Assembly: GCA_964561085.1 (NCBI GenBank)
Contig: CAZLNP010000002.1
Coordinates: 75,440 to 139,439, forward strand
Origin: an uncultured Candidatus Saccharibacteria bacterium
GTDB lineage: Bacteria; Patescibacteriota; Doudnabacteria; UBA920
Direction of reading: 5' to 3'
DNA: 64,000 bases
The translations under genes and the position numbers were made by a program. The notes beneath the pieces were generated by a model. It was not told the DNA's origin. It did no database searches and was given only the letters and a program-made list of their open reading frames with translations. Shown here in pieces: positions 17,919 to 26,885 of this stretch (its first letter is position 1; every line of letters begins with the position of its first letter).

Positions 17919-18230
17919 ATGTTTATGACCAGCATACAATATAATGAGCTATTTAATTTCTTAGTTAAGCGTTTTGATAGCGTCGACTCGAGACTTGATC
18001 GATTAGAAGATAGAGTTGGTAGCCTTGAAAATAAGGTAGACAGCCTAGAAACCAAAGTAGGTGTTCTAGAGAACAAAATGGGTGTAGTAGAAATCACCCA
18101 AGATTCTATACTTGGTCAATTACAAACATTGAATCAAGAAATGGCTATCTCTAATCATAGAATGGCTCGAATTGAAAACTGGACTATTAAAGCAGCTAAA
18201 AAAATTAATTTACCATATCATCCACAATGA
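17919..18230 (+). CDS. small coiled-coil protein encoded by 21-bp tandem repeats
   Basis: Heptads RLDRLED/RVGSLEN/KVDSLET/KVGVLEN/KMGVVE. A TGTGATATAAT extended -10 lies upstream, at about 17895-17905. Confidence 0.4.
   Translation: MFMTSIQYNELFNFLVKRFDSVDSRLDRLEDRVGSLENKVDSLETKVGVLENKMGVVEITQDSILGQLQTLNQEMAISNHRMARIENWTIKAAKKINLPYHPQ
17991..18104 (+). repeat. about 5.4 copies of an imperfect 21-bp tandem repeat, in-frame and heptad-encoding
   Basis: agacttgatcgattagaagat / agagttggtagccttgaaaat / aaggtagacagcctagaaacc / aaagtaggtgttctagagaac / aaaatgggtgtagtagaaatc. Confidence 0.6.
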
Positions 18231-18577
18231 ACGATTTACAAGAAGTATTTAACCGCATTCGCGAAACACGACAGAAAACCAAAGAGATCCGCAAGATGTA
18301 CAAAGATTCACTGATAGCTCATCAGGAGTATCAACAAGTTGTGGAGAAGTTGGACAACTTAAAAATCCGCAAAAAGCAGATTGAAACAGAGATCAAGGAA
18401 GATCAAATGGCTGACTTCCAAAAGCTTGACGCCTACAACATGAATGTTAAAAACGACATTGAATTAATGTCAGACATGGCGTTAAACAAGTTAGTATCTG
18501 GTGAGACAGTTGAAGTTGTTGATGAAGCAGGAGATAAGTACGAACCTCTATTCACAGTAAAGTTCAAGAAATCATAA
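18227..18577 (+). CDS. hypothetical coiled-coil protein
   Basis: 116 aa. 4-nt overlap with the upstream gene; charged and helical; no motif. Confidence 0.4.
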   Translation: MNDLQEVFNRIRETRQKTKEIRKMYKDSLIAHQEYQQVVEKLDNLKIRKKQIETEIKEDQMADFQKLDAYNMNVKNDIELMSDMALNKLVSGETVEVVDEAGDKYEPLFTVKFKKS

Positions 18578-18578
18578 A

Positions 18579-18959
18579 ATGCCTGGCGGTTTCATTAAAA
18601 TATATCCTACAGTTGATTTACCAAAGTTGCGCAGCTTACTAGAGTTGCGCATTTTGGTACGTAAGTGCATTGCTGAGTCAGAAGCGGTAATTGGCAAAGC
18701 TCCTGCAGGGTTGAGATTCAAACCAATGAAGTCTCAGTGGGGAAGTTGTAATAGCGCTGGGGTCATTGCGCTTAACACGCGGCTCATGTTTTTACCGGAA
18801 CGATTGGTCGCTTACATTGTGCATCATGAAGTAGCGCATTTGAAAATTAGAGCACATGACCGCGCCTTTAGGCAGGCCGTAGAATTATTATTCCCAGACC
18901 GAATCTCACTAGATAGACAGCTCCACGCTGCCGGTCCTATCCTTCGTCAGAAAATTTAA
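18579..18959 (+). CDS. DUF45/YgjP-family Zn-dependent hydrolase (short; C-terminal catalytic half only)
   Basis: WGSC motif (QWGSCNSAGVIALNTRLMFLP) and HExxH (YIVHHEVAHL). 126 aa, whereas typical members are about 160-240 aa. Confidence 0.5.
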   Translation: MPGGFIKIYPTVDLPKLRSLLELRILVRKCIAESEAVIGKAPAGLRFKPMKSQWGSCNSAGVIALNTRLMFLPERLVAYIVHHEVAHLKIRAHDRAFRQAVELLFPDRISLDRQLHAAGPILRQKI

Positions 18960-19016
18960 CCCTTTTAGAAAAATATAAAACCACAACCATTTGGCTGCGG
19001 TTTTTAAAAATTTGAG

Positions 19017-19529
19017 TTATTGTGAAACTGAGAACATTATTTGTAGAGGAAGACCGTCTTTCATTGCGATGGCATCAGCAGGGTAGGTGTATTTTTTATC
19101 ACCATTATCTACATGGATTACCGCAAAGTATTTTGCTCCTGGTTTAATAGGTGCATTAATTTCTAGATCTTGTTTTGCCCCTACACCTAATAATCCACTA
19201 GCACCAATGCTCTTGCCGGGTTGGCCATTGCTTGTAGATTCATGGATATCGATAAACCCAGGCTTAGAAAGAAATACGTTATCGATTGTAACTGAGTCTC
19301 CAGGAATTTGAGTACTGACTGCGATGGTGTCAGATGTTGGGATAGTCGGATTTGTTTCTGGAGCATCACCAGGAACATCTCCAGGAGGAAGCTCTGTATT
19401 TGTGTTGGCGCTCTGAGAGGTTTCGTTATTCATTTCTGGAGCTATTGCTTTTTGAGCAGATACGTACCAGATCACAGCTCCTAGAATTATTATGACTGCC
19501 ACAATGGCAATAATTACCTTTTGTTTCAT
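19017..19529 (-). CDS. hypothetical secreted/membrane-anchored protein (N-terminal TM, Pro/Thr-rich linker)
   Basis: N-terminal TM KVIIAIVAVIIILGAVIWYV. Low-complexity linker. C-terminal beta-rich domain. Confidence 0.4.
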   Translation of the reverse strand: MKQKVIIAIVAVIIILGAVIWYVSAQKAIAPEMNNETSQSANTNTELPPGDVPGDAPETNPTIPTSDTIAVSTQIPGDSVTIDNVFLSKPGFIDIHESTSNGQPGKSIGASGLLGVGAKQDLEINAPIKPGAKYFAVIHVDNGDKKYTYPADAIAMKDGLPLQIMFSVSQ

Positions 19530-19623
19530 ATATTTATATACTTAATACTACTGCTATTTTAGCATAAACTTTGTTCTGTGGGTAAAATTTGCAAATATAT
19601 TTAGATTTTTCCATAATACAGAT

Positions 19624-20031
19624 ATGGAAAACGAAATCTTTCAACCAAATTTTTTTGATGAAGAACTCCCGGCAGAAAAACCGGCAGAAAAACCAGAAGC
19701 GGAGAGCTTTGAGGGAGTGATTATTAACAAAGATAGATTAGAAGAAGCAGTTCAGAATTGTCTTGATGGCAAGATAGTTAACGAAATTAGAGGTTTGTAT
19801 GCCAAAGCTACAAAGGAACAACCTTCTGGGTATGAATTTTTTGTTTTGAAAAAAATCAGTGCTGAGGCAGCTAAGTTCTATAAGACAGACATAGTACCAG
19901 AGCCCTTGCCAGAAGATGTACAAGAAACTTGCCAAAAAATTATTGCCCCAGAGAAGTTCCAAGAAGTTTCAAATCAGGATGATGAAGACGATCGCCGTCC
20001 TTGGGTTCCAGGCAAGGGCTATGTAAATTAA
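19624..20031 (+). CDS. hypothetical acidic protein
   Basis: 135 aa ORF with no recognisable motif. Confidence 0.35.
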   Translation: MENEIFQPNFFDEELPAEKPAEKPEAESFEGVIINKDRLEEAVQNCLDGKIVNEIRGLYAKATKEQPSGYEFFVLKKISAEAAKFYKTDIVPEPLPEDVQETCQKIIAPEKFQEVSNQDDEDDRRPWVPGKGYVN

Positions 20032-20060
20032 AACACGCCTTTCGTGCTAAAATAAGTTAT

Positions 20061-21155
20061 ATGCACATAGGAATAGAAGCCCAAAGAGCCAATAACCGGG
20101 TAAAGACCGGTGTTGAGCACTATGTAAAAGAACTCATTTTACAATTGGCTAAAATTGATAGTACTAACGAGTACACCCTTTATTTACAAACCCAGCCAGA
20201 AGACTGGTTTTTAAATCTACCTAAAAATTTCAAATTAAAAGTTATTCCATTTCCAAAGTTCTGGACTCAGATTAGGTTAAGCTGGGAGATGTTCATTTCG
20301 CCACCAGATGTACTATTTGTTCCAGCATCAACTTTGCCTTTAATCCATCCTAAAAGCGTTTACACCGAACATGATGTCGCTTGGATTTATTACCCAGAAG
20401 TTTTTACTTGGTACATGTTGCAGTTTCATCGGATTTTTTCATGGCTTGCCAGACGTGGTGCAACAAAAATTATTTCAATATCAGAATCTACAAAGAAGGA
20501 CTTAATAAATCATTATCAAGTTGATCCAGAAAAGATCGCTGTTGTTCCTCATGGGTACACAGAGAATACCAATGCTGCAAATGAGCTATCCGAGGAAGTG
20601 AAAGCGAAGTTGCCTGATAGATACATTTTATTTTTATCTACTTTGCAGCCTCGTAAGAACCTTGAACTATTAATAGATGCGTTTAAGGAGTTGAAGGCTG
20701 AGCATCCTGAATTGCCTCACAAACTAGTTGTGGTGGGGAAGCCGGGCTGGAAATTTCAGGAAATCTTAAGGAAAGTAGATGATAATAAAGATATAGTCGC
20801 TTACTTAGGCCATATTTCAGATAGCGACCGTTGGCCTGTGTTCAAGAAAGCAGATTTGTTCGTGTGCCCAAGCTTGTATGAAGGTTTTGGAATGCCTTTG
20901 CTTGAAGCGTTTGAGTGCAATGTTCCAGTAGCTACCTCAAATAGTTCTAGTCTGCCAGAAGTCGGGGGCGATGCCGTAGTATACTTTGACCCAACGAGTA
21001 AAGAAGAGATGAAGCAAGCAATCTTAAAAGTTCTCAATAGCGCTGAATTGCGTGCTGAATTAGTTGCAAAGGGAAGAGGGCAGTTAGCAAAATTCAGCTG
21101 GGAAAAATGTGCTAGAGAAACCTTGGCCGTATTAGAAGAAGCTGCTAAAAAATAG
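20061..21155 (+). CDS. glycosyltransferase family 4 (GT1 fold)
   Basis: C-terminal motif EGFGMPLLEAFECNVPVATSNSSSLPEVGGDA (the E-x7-E region). Start at ATG 20061 (MHIGIEAQRANNR...). Confidence 0.8.
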   Translation: MHIGIEAQRANNRVKTGVEHYVKELILQLAKIDSTNEYTLYLQTQPEDWFLNLPKNFKLKVIPFPKFWTQIRLSWEMFISPPDVLFVPASTLPLIHPKSVYTEHDVAWIYYPEVFTWYMLQFHRIFSWLARRGATKIISISESTKKDLINHYQVDPEKIAVVPHGYTENTNAANELSEEVKAKLPDRYILFLSTLQPRKNLELLIDAFKELKAEHPELPHKLVVVGKPGWKFQEILRKVDDNKDIVAYLGHISDSDRWPVFKKADLFVCPSLYEGFGMPLLEAFECNVPVATSNSSSLPEVGGDAVVYFDPTSKEEMKQAILKVLNSAELRAELVAKGRGQLAKFSWEKCARETLAVLEEAAKK

Positions 21156-21162
21156 AATAAAT

Positions 21163-22830
21163 ATGAATTTTAAAACTACAACTCAAAAAATTATCGCTGC
21201 GCTAGTTTTGTGGCAGTTGATTAGTGTTGGTCTAATGGCCGTCGGTACTTGGCCGAACGAAGTGGCTATTGTAAACGCTTTACTTTTGGCCGGCTTCATA
21301 CTATTTGCAACACCATTTAATAGTGTGTTGTTGATGATTGTTTCAATTCCATTTTTTGTTGTATTACCGAATCCGCTTTTGGCTAATTTGCCAATGTGGC
21401 GTCCACTTTTTGCTTTTTTGTTCATTGTTTGGTTGATGAGACTGCTGGTGAGTCAGCGCGCGTGGTTATTAAAGTTTTTTGCTATTAAGCGTTGGAACTC
21501 AGATGGACCAATGTCTGGTGCCAAGTTTCGCGAAATTGTATCGCACGCATTTAGTAGAATTAACTCGCGGCTACGAGCCTGGGATAAAGTCGCAATATTA
21601 TTTTTGGCACTCGCGTTTTGCTCTTTGTTAATTGCTAGGTTCCCAATTCATGGTTTAAAGCAGATTTTGTTTTTGGTGAACGTCTATTTGTTCTACATAG
21701 TTATAGTTAATGTTGTCACCGATGAGTCTAAGTTGAAACAACTTATTCGTTATACGCGCTACTCATTAATAATCATGGTTGCGTTGGGCTTTGTTCAGTA
21801 CCTCTCTACATTGTTTGCAATGCCATACTATTTCTGGCAGTACTGGGCGACAATGGTTTCTAGTTTGTACTATGGCATACCATTAGGGAACGTTTTGGCG
21901 TATTCGAACTCTTGGTTCTCAGCTTCGGGCGGTAATCAGGCTCTTCGTATGTTTGGAATTTTGCCGGACACGCATGCTTTTGGCGTTGTTTGTATTTTCT
22001 TGCTTGCGTATTTAGTTCCATTTTTGAATCGTGCAAAAGCTGTAATTGCTAATCAAAGATATTGGTTGGCTGGTATTTTCTTGGCAGGATTCGGCGTAAT
22101 GGCTAGTGGTACTCGTGGCGTGTGGGCGAGTATGCTTGCTCCAATTGGTTTGGCAGTACTTTTCTATTTCCGCGGACCCATTAAACCCTTCTTTAAAAAA
22201 ATGCTAATTGTTTACGCGATGATCATTGCTTTGTTCATCGTATCACCTTTAGTTTCAAAAGGTTTAAACTTTGTTCGCACCTTCGATGTGAATGACAATT
22301 TCTTAGATCGCGCTGGAAGTATTTATGATCTATCTGAAAGTTCTAACGCTGGTAGATTAGAAATTTGGAAGAATAGCGCCATGTTTGCAGCCTCACATCC
22401 TTTTGGGGTAGGGTATGGAAATTTCATTACTTCGATTGTTTCGTCGATTCCTGAAAACGCGACTTACGAACAACTTTCAGCGATGAAGAATTTGCGTTAT
22501 AACTTGCCAGAAGGTTTTATTACAGCGCATAGTTTGTATTTGCAACTATTAGTAGAGCTTGGCTTCGCTGGCTTGCTCGCATTTGCTTTATATTGGTGGG
22601 AGTATTTTGAAAAGCTCTGGAAATTTATTAAAAAGCATGGTGCTGAGATGACTTTGTATTCTAGTCTGGTAGTTAGCTTGGGATTGGCTTTCGTGTGGAT
22701 TTTGGCGTACGGAGTCTTCGATCTTACAATCTTAAACGATAGAGTTCTGCAATATGTGTTCGTATCTTTAGCTATTAGCGGACTGATATTTGCAAAATAT
22801 GAAAGTTTTTCAGAAGTCGATAGCGAATAA
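21163..22830 (+). CDS. polytopic membrane protein, O-antigen ligase/polymerase (Wzy_C)-like
   Basis: At least 10 TM helices. An ASGTRGVWASMLAPIGLAV segment resembles the Wzy_C periplasmic loop. Adjacent to the GT4 gene. Confidence 0.55.
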   Translation: MNFKTTTQKIIAALVLWQLISVGLMAVGTWPNEVAIVNALLLAGFILFATPFNSVLLMIVSIPFFVVLPNPLLANLPMWRPLFAFLFIVWLMRLLVSQRAWLLKFFAIKRWNSDGPMSGAKFREIVSHAFSRINSRLRAWDKVAILFLALAFCSLLIARFPIHGLKQILFLVNVYLFYIVIVNVVTDESKLKQLIRYTRYSLIIMVALGFVQYLSTLFAMPYYFWQYWATMVSSLYYGIPLGNVLAYSNSWFSASGGNQALRMFGILPDTHAFGVVCIFLLAYLVPFLNRAKAVIANQRYWLAGIFLAGFGVMASGTRGVWASMLAPIGLAVLFYFRGPIKPFFKKMLIVYAMIIALFIVSPLVSKGLNFVRTFDVNDNFLDRAGSIYDLSESSNAGRLEIWKNSAMFAASHPFGVGYGNFITSIVSSIPENATYEQLSAMKNLRYNLPEGFITAHSLYLQLLVELGFAGLLAFALYWWEYFEKLWKFIKKHGAEMTLYSSLVVSLGLAFVWILAYGVFDLTILNDRVLQYVFVSLAISGLIFAKYESFSEVDSE

Positions 22831-22886
22831 GAGTTAGCTCAGTGAATGGTGGTATAATAATCAAGTGTTAATTTATAAAAATATTT

Positions 22887-24182
22887 ATGGATAATTTTGA
22901 ATCAATTTCTAATCAACCTCAAGTAAGTAGCGACCCTGGTCAAAGACCTCCGTGTTTGCCAAAATACCCACTAAAAAAATGGATTCTCGGCGCGTTAATT
23001 GCCTTTGTTGTTATTGGCGGTGCTTTTCGTGTTGGATACATTTCAGGTTCACGCGGTTACTCAATAGATGGTAAAACTTTTTCAGTTGTTAATAAAGGTA
23101 GTACTCCAACAGAAGTAGACTATGGTTTGCTTTGGGAGGCAATTAAAATTGTTCAGAATAAGTACATTGATTCTGGAAATATCGATCCACAGAAAATTCT
23201 TTATGGCGCTATCGCTGGAGCCATTTCAGCATCTGGTGATGAATACACTCAATTCTTTGACCCAACAGCCTATGCTGATTTTAGAACTGAGTTACAAGGA
23301 AGCTTCTCAGGAATTGGTGCAGAAATTGGTGAAGGTGAAGGTGGAATTGTTATTGTTGCACCTTTGGAAGAGAGCCCAGCAGAGAAGGCTGGCCTAAGAG
23401 CTAAAGATTATATTTTGAAGATCAACGGGGAAGACACATCAGAAATGACTTCTGAACAAGCCGCTAACAAGATCCGTGGAGAAGAAGGTTCTCAAGTTAC
23501 TTTAAATATTTTCCGTGAAGGCGGCACAGAGAGTTTTGATGTCACCATAACTCGCCAGAAGATTGAAATTAAGAGCGTAAAGCTTTCATATCAAGAAGTT
23601 AGTGGAAAACGGATTGCGGTAATTAAACTTTCTCGTTTCGGGGATGATACTGAAAGTTTGTTCAATGCTGCTGTAGCAGATATCCAAAAAAATAATCCTG
23701 CTGGAATTGTATTAGATTTGCGAAACGATCCAGGTGGATACCTAGAAACTTCCGTAGCCGTTGCATCTGAGTGGTTAGAAAAAGGTAAGTTAATAGTTAA
23801 AGAAGATCATAGTGAAAAAGATGAAATTATCTATAACTCTGACGGTAGAAATGGACTTGGTAAATTTAAGACTGTTGTATTAATTAATGGCGGTTCTGCT
23901 AGTGCCGCAGAAATATTAGCAGGCGCTTTGAAAGACAATGGGATTGCTCAGTTGATTGGAGAGAAGAGTTTCGGTAAGGGTAGTGTTCAAGAGCTAGTAC
24001 CATTTGGTCCAAATAATGAAATGGCTGTAAAAGTTACTATTGCTAAGTGGATTACTCCTGGCGGTAAGAACTTAAATAATGGCGGCCTTGAACCAGATAT
24101 TAAAGTTGAGCTAACTGAAGATGATGCCAAAAATGATCGCGATCCGCAGTTACAAAAAGCATTAGAAGAAGTGGCTAAATAG
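22887..24182 (+). CDS. S41 C-terminal processing peptidase (PDZ + S41)
   Basis: PDZ motif ...GIGAEIG...GIVIVAPLEESPAEKAGL. S41 catalytic region GGSASAAEILAGALKD...KSFGKGSVQ (Ser/Lys dyad). N-terminal TM anchor. Confidence 0.85.
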   Translation: MDNFESISNQPQVSSDPGQRPPCLPKYPLKKWILGALIAFVVIGGAFRVGYISGSRGYSIDGKTFSVVNKGSTPTEVDYGLLWEAIKIVQNKYIDSGNIDPQKILYGAIAGAISASGDEYTQFFDPTAYADFRTELQGSFSGIGAEIGEGEGGIVIVAPLEESPAEKAGLRAKDYILKINGEDTSEMTSEQAANKIRGEEGSQVTLNIFREGGTESFDVTITRQKIEIKSVKLSYQEVSGKRIAVIKLSRFGDDTESLFNAAVADIQKNNPAGIVLDLRNDPGGYLETSVAVASEWLEKGKLIVKEDHSEKDEIIYNSDGRNGLGKFKTVVLINGGSASAAEILAGALKDNGIAQLIGEKSFGKGSVQELVPFGPNNEMAVKVTIAKWITPGGKNLNNGGLEPDIKVELTEDDAKNDRDPQLQKALEEVAK

Positions 24183-24219
24183 TTAAATACTGAACAGCTA
24201 AGACAAAGTAAAAAGTTTT

Positions 24220-24250
24220 AAAGCCCTGGGACTTGATCTTAGGGCTTTTT
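24220..24250 (+). terminator. rho-independent terminator after the S41 peptidase gene
   Basis: AAGCCCT-gggacttgatctt-AGGGCTT, followed by TTTTTT. Confidence 0.6.
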
Positions 24251-24264
24251 TGTGATACAATTTT

Positions 24265-24516
24265 TTGTTCTTATACGAACTATGTAAGGAGGTAAGTACG
24301 ATGAGCACTTATCTTTTATTCTATGATCATTACGAAGAAGACAATAAAGGAGGCGAACAATCTGTGTATACTGATGACGAGCAAGATCCAGATGCGTGGG
24401 TAGAAGATCCTAAAAATCCGAGTAGGGATATTCGGGATAGGCACAAGCAAGAGTTTGAACCAGGGTCCCATCCTTCGGAAGCGGGCGAGTGCAAAGATGA
24501 AGTTCTAGAAGAATAA
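24265..24516 (+). CDS. hypothetical small acidic protein
   Basis: 83 aa. AGGAGG SD at 24287-24292. Two stem-loops follow at about 24530-24600. Confidence 0.35.
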   Translation: MFLYELCKEVSTMSTYLLFYDHYEEDNKGGEQSVYTDDEQDPDAWVEDPKNPSRDIRDRHKQEFEPGSHPSEAGECKDEVLEE

Positions 24517-24636
24517 GCCGCCTGCTTGGTGGCTAGAGACAGGCGCGATTAGAATGAATACCCTTCATTCTGCTCGCGCTTTTATTATTCTATAACCTTT
24601 GCTTAATCTAAAGATTTTCGCTAAAATTAGTTATAT

Positions 24637-26418
24637 ATGACAAAAATTACTGCACAAGACTTACGTAACAAATGGCTAGAATTTTTCAAAGAGAAAGGCC
24701 ATACAATTATTCCTTCAAGTTCACTAGTCCCGGAAAATGATCCTTCCGTGCTTTTCACAATGGCAGGCATGTTTCCACTAGTACCATATTTGATGGGGCA
24801 AGAACATCCAGGTGGCACTCGCGTTGCTAATGTACAAAAATGTATTCGTACTATCGACATTGATGAAGTCGGTGACAACACTCATCTGACATTTTTTGAA
24901 ATGCTTGGTAACTGGAGTTTTGGAGACTATTTCAAAGAAGATGCAATCAAGTGGAGCTATGAATTTTTAACAGATGAAAAATGGTTAGGGATTCCTTTGG
25001 ACCGTTTAGCTTTTTCAGTTTTTGCTGGTGATGAAGACGCGCCATTCGACGAAGAAAGCTACAATCATTGGAAAGCTCTTGGGGTTCCAGAAGCGCGCAT
25101 TGCAAAACTTCCAAAAGAAGATAACTGGTGGATTGCTGGAACAACTGGTCCATGCGGGCCTGACACCGAAATGTTCTACTGGATTGACGATGGCACGCCA
25201 GCTCCTGAAAATTTCCAAGAAACTGCTAGCGATCCTCGTTGGGTAGAAATTTGGAATGATGTTTTCATGCAGTTTGAGAAAAAAGCTGACGGATCACTTA
25301 CTCCTCTTGAAAAACAAAATGTAGACACAGGTATGGGTCTTGATCGCGTTGTGGCTGTATTAAATGGTCACCGCTCTGTTTATGATACAGAATTTTTCAC
25401 TGGCATGTTCGACGTCATCGGTAAGTCTCAAGAAATCCTAAGTGGTGATGAACTTCGCCAAGCAAGAATTATTGTAGACCATATTCGCGCTAGCGTTTTT
25501 ATTGCAGGTGATGGTGTAGAGCCTTCAAACAAAGAAAGAGGTTACATTTTACGTAGATTACTTCGTCGTTCAATGGTTTACGCCCGCACTTTAAATTTGC
25601 AGGGTGAATGGTTAAAAGGTTTGGTAGGCAAAGTGATGGCTGAATATTCCGACGCATATCCAGAACTCATAACTAACTCCGCAAAGATTTTTGAATTGTT
25701 AGAAACTGAAGAAAAGAAATTTGGTAATACTGTTGAAAAAGGTCTTCGTGAATTCGAAAAAATCTTCCAAAAGCAAGGTCAACTTTCTGGCACTGATGCG
25801 TTTAATTTGTATCAGAGTTTTGGTTTCCCGTTGGAGCTGACAGAAGAGTTGGCGACTGCGGCTGGCCAAGAGGTCAATCGTAAAGAATTTGAAGAAGGTT
25901 TCCGCGCTCATCAAGATTTGTCACGAACTGCTTCCGCAGGAACTTTTAAAGGTGGATTGGCTGATCATAGTGAAATAGTTGTTCGCTACCACACTGCTAC
26001 TCACTTACTACAAAAAGCGTTACGTGATGTACTCGGACCAGATGTATGGCAAAAAGGAAGCAACATCACTTCAGAACGAACTCGTTTTGACTTTACGTAT
26101 CCACAAAAGATGACTGATGAGCAAAAGAAGCAAGTTGAGGACTTGGTAAACAAATGGATTGCTTTGGATGCAGAAATGAAACAAGAAATGATGCCTCTTG
26201 AAAAAGCTCAAGAACTTGGCGCGATTGGTTTATTCGGTGAAAAGTATGCTGATGTCGTTTCTATATATACCGCAACTGACAAAGATGGCAATGTAATTTC
26301 TCGAGAATTCTGTGGTGGTCCACACGTGGAACACACAGGTCTTGTAGGAAAATTCCGCATCGCTAAAGAAGAAGCTGTATCTGCTGGCGTTCGCAGAATT
26401 AAAGCTGTGATTGAGTAA
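24637..26418 (+). CDS. alaS: alanyl-tRNA synthetase (catalytic + tRNA-recognition + editing domains), lacking the C-terminal C-Ala/DHHA1 region
   Basis: AlaRS N-terminus MTKITAQDLRNKWLEFFKEKGHTIIPSSSLVP; editing-domain HxxxH motif HTATHLLQKALRD; CGGPHV near the end. 593 aa versus about 870 aa in typical bacteria. Confidence 0.85.
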   Translation: MTKITAQDLRNKWLEFFKEKGHTIIPSSSLVPENDPSVLFTMAGMFPLVPYLMGQEHPGGTRVANVQKCIRTIDIDEVGDNTHLTFFEMLGNWSFGDYFKEDAIKWSYEFLTDEKWLGIPLDRLAFSVFAGDEDAPFDEESYNHWKALGVPEARIAKLPKEDNWWIAGTTGPCGPDTEMFYWIDDGTPAPENFQETASDPRWVEIWNDVFMQFEKKADGSLTPLEKQNVDTGMGLDRVVAVLNGHRSVYDTEFFTGMFDVIGKSQEILSGDELRQARIIVDHIRASVFIAGDGVEPSNKERGYILRRLLRRSMVYARTLNLQGEWLKGLVGKVMAEYSDAYPELITNSAKIFELLETEEKKFGNTVEKGLREFEKIFQKQGQLSGTDAFNLYQSFGFPLELTEELATAAGQEVNRKEFEEGFRAHQDLSRTASAGTFKGGLADHSEIVVRYHTATHLLQKALRDVLGPDVWQKGSNITSERTRFDFTYPQKMTDEQKKQVEDLVNKWIALDAEMKQEMMPLEKAQELGAIGLFGEKYADVVSIYTATDKDGNVISREFCGGPHVEHTGLVGKFRIAKEEAVSAGVRRIKAVIE

Positions 26419-26426
26419 ATAATTTT

Positions 26427-26861
26427 ATGAATAAACCCGTTGTCCATATTGGCGCTACAACAATCCTTACTTCTGAAGGAAAAATTTTGCTTGGAAAAAG
26501 ATTGAATAAAGCAGGTGCGGGACAATGGGGATTCCCAGGTGGACATGTCGAGTTTGGAGAATCAATTATTGAGGCCGCTAAGCGAGAGATATTAGAAGAA
26601 ACTAGCTTGGTAGCTAATGAACTAAAATTTATTGGAGCGATAAACCAACCGTCTCAAGTTAACTCATCTGGCGAGAAAAAGCACTATCTGCAAATGGTTT
26701 TTACTTCGGATGATTTTGATGGAGAGCTCCAAAATCTTGAACCAGAAGAATGTGAAGAATGGAGATGGTTCGAGATGGACAGCCTACCAGAAAATATTTT
26801 CTTTGCCCATGTTGATTTCCTTACCTTGCTTAAGAGTCCTGGACAACTATTAGAAAAATAG
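26427..26861 (+). CDS. NUDIX hydrolase
   Basis: NUDIX box GGHVEFGESIIEAAKREILEETSL. Confidence 0.8.
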   Translation: MNKPVVHIGATTILTSEGKILLGKRLNKAGAGQWGFPGGHVEFGESIIEAAKREILEETSLVANELKFIGAINQPSQVNSSGEKKHYLQMVFTSDDFDGELQNLEPEECEEWRWFEMDSLPENIFFAHVDFLTLLKSPGQLLEK

Positions 26862-26885
26862 AAACCCAAAATTTAAAAACAAAAA

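Noticed and set aside
23122-23397. 91-aa alternative-frame ORF inside the S41 peptidase gene.
   Set aside because: The S41 frame carries the PDZ and catalytic motifs. The alternative frame has none.
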